DNA from: Amphiscolops sp. MND2022
Lineage: Eukaryota
NCBI GenBank assembly: GCA_964187785.1
Contig: OZ076410.1
Span: forward strand, 11,160,001-11,224,000
Direction of reading: 5' to 3'
Length of the DNA: 64,000 nucleotides
A model generated the notes under the pieces. That model worked only from the letters and a program-made list of their open reading frames with translations, had not been told where the DNA came from and searched no databases. The translations under genes were made by a program, and so were the position numbers. Positions 57,105 to 64,000 of this stretch are shown piece after piece; position 1 is the stretch's first letter, and every line of letters begins with the position of its first letter.

Positions 57105-59079
57105 CTGACAAAAAAAGCGAAAAATTCACCCCTGGAACATGCTAAAATTGTATAGGAACGCCCTTATTTTAACGCAATTTTTTTTCGCCATAAATTAAAA
57201 TGACCAACTTTTAACTATGAATCAATGTAAAAGTTAGGATTATGCCGACTTCAATCATTTTATTGGACCAAAATTTCAACACAAACGATGTCGACATAAT
57301 GGTATTTCAACCAAGTTTCTTATTCCACCCTCGCTGCCGCTTGGGGGATAAGAAACATTGTCCCCGGTTGCAAACAGGGCTTGAATATTTGACCGTTTGA
57401 ACTTTCGATGCATTCAGAATTATTTCGCATTCTCATACAAAAAGCTGCAGGCATGAATATTAAATTCTGTTTGCATCACGTTCAATTTAAAAGCGGTCGA
57501 AAATTTGTATTCGCACAAAATTTGACCAAAACTTTCGAGAGCCTCTCGAAAGAATGAGCAATAAAACGATTTATCAAATCAACAAAGGCATCATTAATTC
57601 ATTATTTAATAAAGTATATGTAGAATGAATATTTTTCAATATAATTGAGCTGTGGCTTTTGTGTTGTCAGTTCAAACTCTCCAAACTTTAATTTAATTTT
57701 TGTACGTTTGAGAGTACCAAAGATACCATGTTACTCTATTGAAACTAAGTTATACCAAATGATAATTGGCACTATCAGCAGTTTTGACATTGGTGTTAAT
57801 TTGCAATTTGGCAATTCGATTCTATTAGCATTTTGAAGGTTTGAAAGTACACATATACATTTCAATCGGTTTTGCTGATAAAAATTCAATCGCAATGAAA
57901 TTTCACATATTCAATCGAAACAAAAAGCCCAAAACCAAAACTTTCTCGAATTTCGATCAGAATTACAGGGGTATTTTTTATTTTGAAATGAAAGAAAAGT
58001 TACAAAAGTTACAAAACTTGTTTTTGACATTAGGGATTTTATGAAATTTACAATTCTGCAACTTCGGAAACTTCTTTTCGTAAAAAAATCCTTCAACAAA
58101 CTTCGATTTGAACTTTCGATTCAAATTTATAACTATTGACTTCAGCACATTTTCTGTGAACGCCTTCCTCAAAAATTTTCTCCACAAAATGATCACACCG
58201 TAAAATATTAATAATATTATTTAGAAGGATTCACAACTGTTTTTGATTGTTCATTTTTCCAGAAAAAGTGTTAAATATTAAAATTAAAGAACAGTGTCAA
58301 GGTTACAAACATGATGGAGGGTTCTTCAGACCAATAGTTTTCGAGATAATTATAAGGAAATCCAAAATTATTCACAATACCCTGTGATATAACTTTTAAA
58401 ATTTTAAGTCGTTTTCGAACAAAAAAATACCGTTGTAAATCTGATCATAAACAAGACGCCCGCTGAGCAGCGAGATATTTTCCGCCCGAACTGTTCTACA
58501 ACTACATAAATTTGAGGCTCAAGTATAACTAATGCACTATAAAAACGCTAAGAAGTTCGAAGAAAAGAAAGCTTCGATTTATCTTTGCCCAATTGTGAAG
58601 GAAACACCTTTATTTTAGTATTTCTGTGATAGCTGTTCAGTTTTCGTAATTTCGACACTATGCGACTTACCGAGTGAATTTTTTCATTTTTTTCGCAAAC
58701 AATTTTTCTCTAAAGGCCGACTGAAATAAGCGTTCAATCCTTGTTGAACCTTTGCCATCGTTCTGAATCCAAAACGCTTCAAAATGTAGACATGAGTTGC
58801 TTAAAAACGATGATGTTGAAAGCAAAAAAATGTTGGTGTTTTTGAAGGAAAACGCTGCAACTTTCTCTTCAAAAAATGTATTGCATAGCTCGTTCTTTCG
58901 TTGTTGAGCGTTATGGAACTAATAACGAAGACTTTCGGGAATTGTACGGAAATTGCATCAAAAACGACAAAATCGTCGAATTTTTCGACTACTTCAAGGT
59001 CAATTTCAAGCACTTTTGACTTAGAAATTGTTCTTATCTGTTGTCGAAAGCTTACAGAGACAACAACTTTCTCATTGTT

Positions 59080-60680
59080 TAGGGGTTTTAACATTCTAGT
59101 TCACAAAGTCTATCGATAGTTTGGCAATAATTGAAGAAAAATGATGAAAATAGAAAATTTTGAAATTTTTCCTTTTTCGATGTCAATTCCAGACATTTTT
59201 CATTTGAAAAGCTGCATTTATCGTTCCACTAAGCATACGGGACAACATTTGTTCCTTGTTGAACCTTTCCAAGATTCCAAACTCCGGAGTTTGTTGAAAA
59301 TTTTAAAGAAAAACTGCATAAAACTTTGAAAACTGAAAAATTTTGGGATTTCCGTCAATTTCGATGTCAAGTTGAGACTTTTTCATTCGAAAACTGAAAC
59401 TATCTCATCCTTAAAGACTACCGGACAACAAACTGCTACCTTGGTGAACGTTTTCATTATTCCACACTACGGAGTTTGTCGAAATCGTGACAGAAAGTGC
59501 ATAAAAACATCGAAATTAGGAAAATTTTGGGTTTTGTCGATTTTGGTGCCATATTGAGATTTTCTTCATCTAGAAAACTGCATTAAATTCTTCGGAAAAA
59601 CTTTTTGGACCAATACTGTTCCTTGCTTACGCTTCGCAACATTCTGATCTACGAAGTCTGACGAAAATGTGACAAAAATTGCATAAAAAATTCGAAAAAT
59701 AGAAAGTTTTGGGTTTTTTGTCATTTTCGGTTTCAATTTGAGACCTTTTTCATTTAGAAAATAGAAATAATCTTTTCGGAAAAGCCTACTGGACAGCTAA
59801 TACGGGCCACTTTGACCGTTTTCAACGTTCTAATCAACGAAGTCCCACTAAAATTCGACAAAAATTGAATAAAATCGTTAAAAATCGTGAAATTTTTGGA
59901 ATTTTGATCATTTATTGGGTCAATTTTCTCTAACAAAACCGCTTTTATCTCTTCCTAGAAAACTATTGGACATCAACATCGTGCCTTGTTGAACGTTTGC
60001 AACATTCTAAGTTGCGATGTCTATCAAAAAATTGACAAAAAACGCATGAAAACGGTAAAAATTGAGAAATTTTGGAGTTTTTGTTTTTTTTTCGGGGCCA
60101 ATTTGAGATATTTTCATTAAGAAAACTGCAATAAATTCTTTAGAAAAGCCTACTGGACTAATACGTTTCCCTTGCTGACGCTTCTCAACATTCTAATCTA
60201 CGAAGTCTGTCGAAAACTTGACAAAAATGCTATTAAAAATTTGAAAAATGGAAAGTTTTGGGTTTTTTTTGTTATTTTCGGTATCAATTTGAGACCTTTT
60301 TCCTTTGGAAAAAAGCAATTATCTTTTCTGAAAAGCCTACCGCACAGCAAATGCGTGCCATGTTGAGCGTTCTCAACATTTTAATTAACGAAGTATGTCG
60401 AAAATTTGACAAAAATTGCTTAAAATTGTTAAAAATCAGAAAATTTTGGAAATTTTGTCATTTTTGGGGTCAATTTTTTGGTACAAAATCGCATTTATCT
60501 CTTCATGGAAGACTATTGGAGAATGAATTCGTGCCCTGTTGAACGTTTCCAACATTCTAATTCGCGGTGTCTCTCAAAAAAATGACAAAACTTGCATGAA
60601 AACGTTAAAAAATTGAGAAATTTGGGAATTTTTGTCATTTCGGGGTCATTTCGTCATTAAGGGGTCATTTTCGTCATTTA
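59080..60680 (+). repeat. Diverged ~183-bp satellite (~8-9 monomers, possibly extending left to ~58500) with a ~550-bp trimeric higher-order repeat
   Basis: Anchor motif TG(T/C)TGA(A/C)CG(T/C)TT at 59257, 59442, 59624, ~59810, 59987, 60173, 60361 and 60537. Confidence 0.8.
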
Positions 60681-61256
60681 GAAAAAACCTCCAAAAATCT
60701 CTACAAAAACATATCGCACGAAGCTCAATTTACGTGAGTTGAATTCTATGGATAACACCCTTAAAGTTAAACATAAATAAATTCTTGGCAAATTTTGTAA
60801 AAAAAACCCGTTTGATTTAAATATTTTCTTTTCCCATATATGAAATATGGGCGGAAAATAATAATTTGAGAGTCCTTCTGCTCTTACAACTTTTTGTAAA
60901 ATGGATAAATTAAAAGATATTGGGCTTTTAAAGCTTTCGTTTGCCAAATCGAGTGTCTTTAGTTTTTGATTCCATCGTGTATCTCCAAACAAACAAACCT
61001 AGGTCTTTTATAGTGTTCGCGCTAAAGTTTATCAAGCAAATAATTTTTTTTCGAAAACTTTTTCAGTCTTCAGATACATGCAAATTCACCAGGGTTTTTG
61101 ATGGAAATTGGAACGAAAACCTATTTGATTTACACATGAAATTCACAATGATTAATGTCCATGGAATTGAGTATGTTTCCGTTCAGATAGTTGTTCAAGT
61201 AGCAGCACCTTATCTTTTTGCGGATAATCATGTATGGTTTCACCAGAAAATTGCAT

Positions 61257-61950
61257 ATCCCGTACTGAGATCCCATCGCAGTTCATCGATGGTCATCGCT
61301 GTCCCATTGATGACCCATCGATGGGAATCGAAATTTTCGATCACAAAAATTCGTTCGACTTAAGTGGCCATGTTCAAAATTTCAACAAAACTCTCGCCAT
61401 TTAAGTTTTTCAGTCTATTTAAGTTTTGTTTGGGATTTCGAGGATGCCCAAATATTTTATTCGGAAATGAAGTTATACATAGTTATCCCATATTATTTAT
61501 TTTTGTGAAAAACCGAATTCTGTTGATTTTCCAAGGAAAAAAACACCACTTTTTTGATACAAAAACTTATTTTCAGAGTCAAATTTCAGCATATTTCAAA
61601 TCTTTTTTCTTCTTACAAGCAGATGGTTTTCTCAGCATTGAAGCTCGATTCCGTTGCATTTTCATGGGAATAATTGCCCGTTTTGCCAGGTTTTTCATTT
61701 TTTTTTCAAACAATTCCAGGACAAGGCTCCAAAATAAGTGATTCTCAGGCTCGAGAAAGCTTACTCAGGCCCAAAAGGAAATGAGAGTAAGTTAAAATTA
61801 GATATATTTAACCCTAAAATGCTCCACAAGTGCCCCCATGCGCTGGGCGGTAATTCAAATTCCATCGATGGCCATCGATGGTCCATCGATGCCCATCGGA
61901 AAAAGTTGCGATGGCCATCGATGGGATTGAATGGAGTCTCAGTACGGGAT
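61257..61950. mobile_element. MITE with a 14-bp TIR (ATCCCGTACTGAGA) and subterminal CCATCGATGG palindromes
   Basis: Perfect inverted repeat at 61257-61270 and 61937-61950; TSD unresolved. Confidence 0.75.
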
Positions 61951-62564
61951 GCTATAAATTCAACTTTGAGTCTGTGGTACAGTGAATTAATCTTGAAAGA
62001 TTGAGATGAACCAAATAGAAAACTGCTTGTCAGTCAAGCGGATTGCAATTAGAATGACAAACTGTCTATCTTTTTTGAATGAAAACACACCAATTAACGA
62101 AAAAGCGTAGTTTTATTGAAGCAGAACAGTTTTGTCGCGTTTTGTTATCATAGCTTTTGATTATTTAAGCATAGCATTCATCTAAAGGTTCAGGTGAAAA
62201 TATGAATGAAAATGGGCTACTGTACCAATTGGATATATATACTCCAAAACAAAGGTTATAACTAACTGCATTACAACAAACCATCTAAATAAAGATACCG
62301 TACTTTAATACAGATCAATTTGAACATTTGAGGAAAAAGGTGATGAAAGTTTCATTGGATCTCTTTCACTATGTCCCCCCTTACAGCAAAAAGGGGGACA
62401 AAGTGAAACACTATTAAATACAAGTATTGCACATTCTAATAGCTCAGATTTCCTCTTATTTAACAACGCTTCTGATTGGCTGAGTGGGGATTTTGATAAG
62501 AGCCAATAAAAAGTGTCGATAGTTATGACGAGATCAATTGATTGACAGAAATGCATGAGAGATT

Positions 62565-62930
62565 AGGGCGGCTATTCACAAGTCCGAAAAAAAATTTGGG
62601 TTGCACAAGTCCGAAAATAAATTTGGGTTGCACTAGTCCGAAAAAAATACCTTCATATTTGTTGTATGGCTCGGTCGCTTCGCTCCCTTTGCCAAGTAGC
62701 AACATTGAGGCATGGCCATATGGCACATCGCTCCGCTTCGCTTCGCTCCTGCATTTAGGGCGCTAGGAGTATGTGAACAAAGCTGACTAGGGGAAATTGA
62801 AAAATTCATTTTTTAAAATTTTGAACCGACTTCGTTCCGGTCCGCTCGCGTCAGCCAATCAGATTGCAGAGAATTATACATTATACGTTTCAACGACGCT
62901 GAGATTTCTCAAATCTTATTGGACGATAAA
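62565..62930 (-). repeat. Inverted copy of the 1359-1742 repeat
   Basis: Colinear reverse-complement similarity, including the 27-bp subrepeats. Confidence 0.85.
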
Positions 62931-64000
62931 AATTTAATTTTGTTCTTTCGGACTTGTTACCCGACACCGAAATTAGCCATTAGGAGATGAATATAAATGA
63001 GCCACAGACATTCCTTTTATCTAGGGGGACATTGTGTAACGAGTGATAAAGGGGGTACATAGTGAAAGAGATCCGTTTCATTTTATCGCTTGTCAACCAA
63101 TCAAAAACAATCAGGTTGGAAAACAACATCAGACCGATTCGGCTTATGTATGAATCAAGAAGTCGCCATCTCTTCGGTCAGAGATTTTTTTTTGTGAGCG
63201 GTGATGTCAAACCTGAAATCCTTGCTTCACAGTCATTCGCTTTATCCACTAAGCCAAGTTGCTTCGGAAGGGATTGAAGTGAAGTTATAGAAAGTATTAT
63301 AGAACCTGTGTCAGTTCAGTGTGCGTGAACCTGTGTGCGAACCAGTGTCAGTTCGCTGGTCTTCAGAAGCCACTACAAAGGTCTGCATTTTCTAACGAAA
63401 GTTCCGACTGAAACTTGAGAATGCAAGTTGCACCTTTAAATCGACAGCTCAACTTGATTTCACTTCATTACGACAAGCATTCTGATGTCTTTTTTTAGTC
63501 ATACTTGTTTTTTTTTCGATTCGGGCACAAAAATGCATGTGACCTTCCATGGATATCTTAGTTGCATCTTGACAAGATTTTGCCAAGATCTTGGAAAAAT
63601 CTTAGCTAAGATCTTGCCAAGAATTGCAATATGTCATGGTAAGATTTTATCAAGAGAGCCATGTTTCCAAGAAAAACTCTATTGTAAAATCCTATTTGAC
63701 CAGAAAAAATTCTGAAAGGAAGTCAACAAAATCAACATCTATTGCAGATATACATTGTTAGACATGATTTTCTGTCAGCAAGGTATAAACTTTAATTGGA
63801 GAGTCTTGATGTTGCTTATTTTGGGAGGCACTGATTAAATTGTTCTATCAATTACAATACAGTCGCCAACAACGGCGCCAGAAAAGCCTCGAGCTGAATC
63901 ATTGCTCAAACAGGGACAATGACCACCAATTCAAGCAGTAATACGGCTGCTCAAACAGGCTCTAAGGAAGACGGAAATATAAATGTACAAAAATTTTCCG

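Noticed and set aside
57200-64000. Numerous 60-140 aa F/K/I/N-rich ORFs
   Set aside because: Composition reflects AT-rich satellite and MITE DNA; no splice-consistent or domain evidence.

Overview
AT-rich, repeat-dense eukaryotic (invertebrate-like) genomic DNA with spliceosomal introns; there are no prokaryotic features. From left to right: (1) nested MITE-like repeats (~0.7-1.7 kb); (2) a decayed LINE (ORF1 with CCHC knuckles, APE/RT ORF2) whose ORF2 interior is tandemly amplified to four copies (2.8-11.0 kb); (3) two CRE-type non-LTR fragments (12.4-16.2 kb) and remnants of an unidentified ORF family; (4) a short Gypsy element B (minus strand, 198-bp LTRs, TTGGC target-site duplication) whose 3' LTR was split by insertion of a younger 14.7-kb Gypsy element A (23019-37735, 1.6-kb LTRs about 99% identical, GCTAG TSD); (5) the 3' exons of a minus-strand host coiled-coil protein gene (45.1-57.1 kb) with introns full of hAT-type MITEs and minisatellites; (6) a ~183-bp satellite with trimeric higher-order structure. 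Element A is the standout. Its LTR encodes the first 214 codons of gag. A second sense ORF runs through the PPT into the 3' LTR. Between pol and the 3' LTR it carries an antisense gene with four in-frame GT-AG introns that the ORF track shows only as fragments. The reconstructed ~800-1000 aa product has a BED-like zinc finger and, by eye, looks like a catalytically dead hAT-transposase derivative. All exon joins, repeat periods and identities were worked out by hand; no database searches were run.
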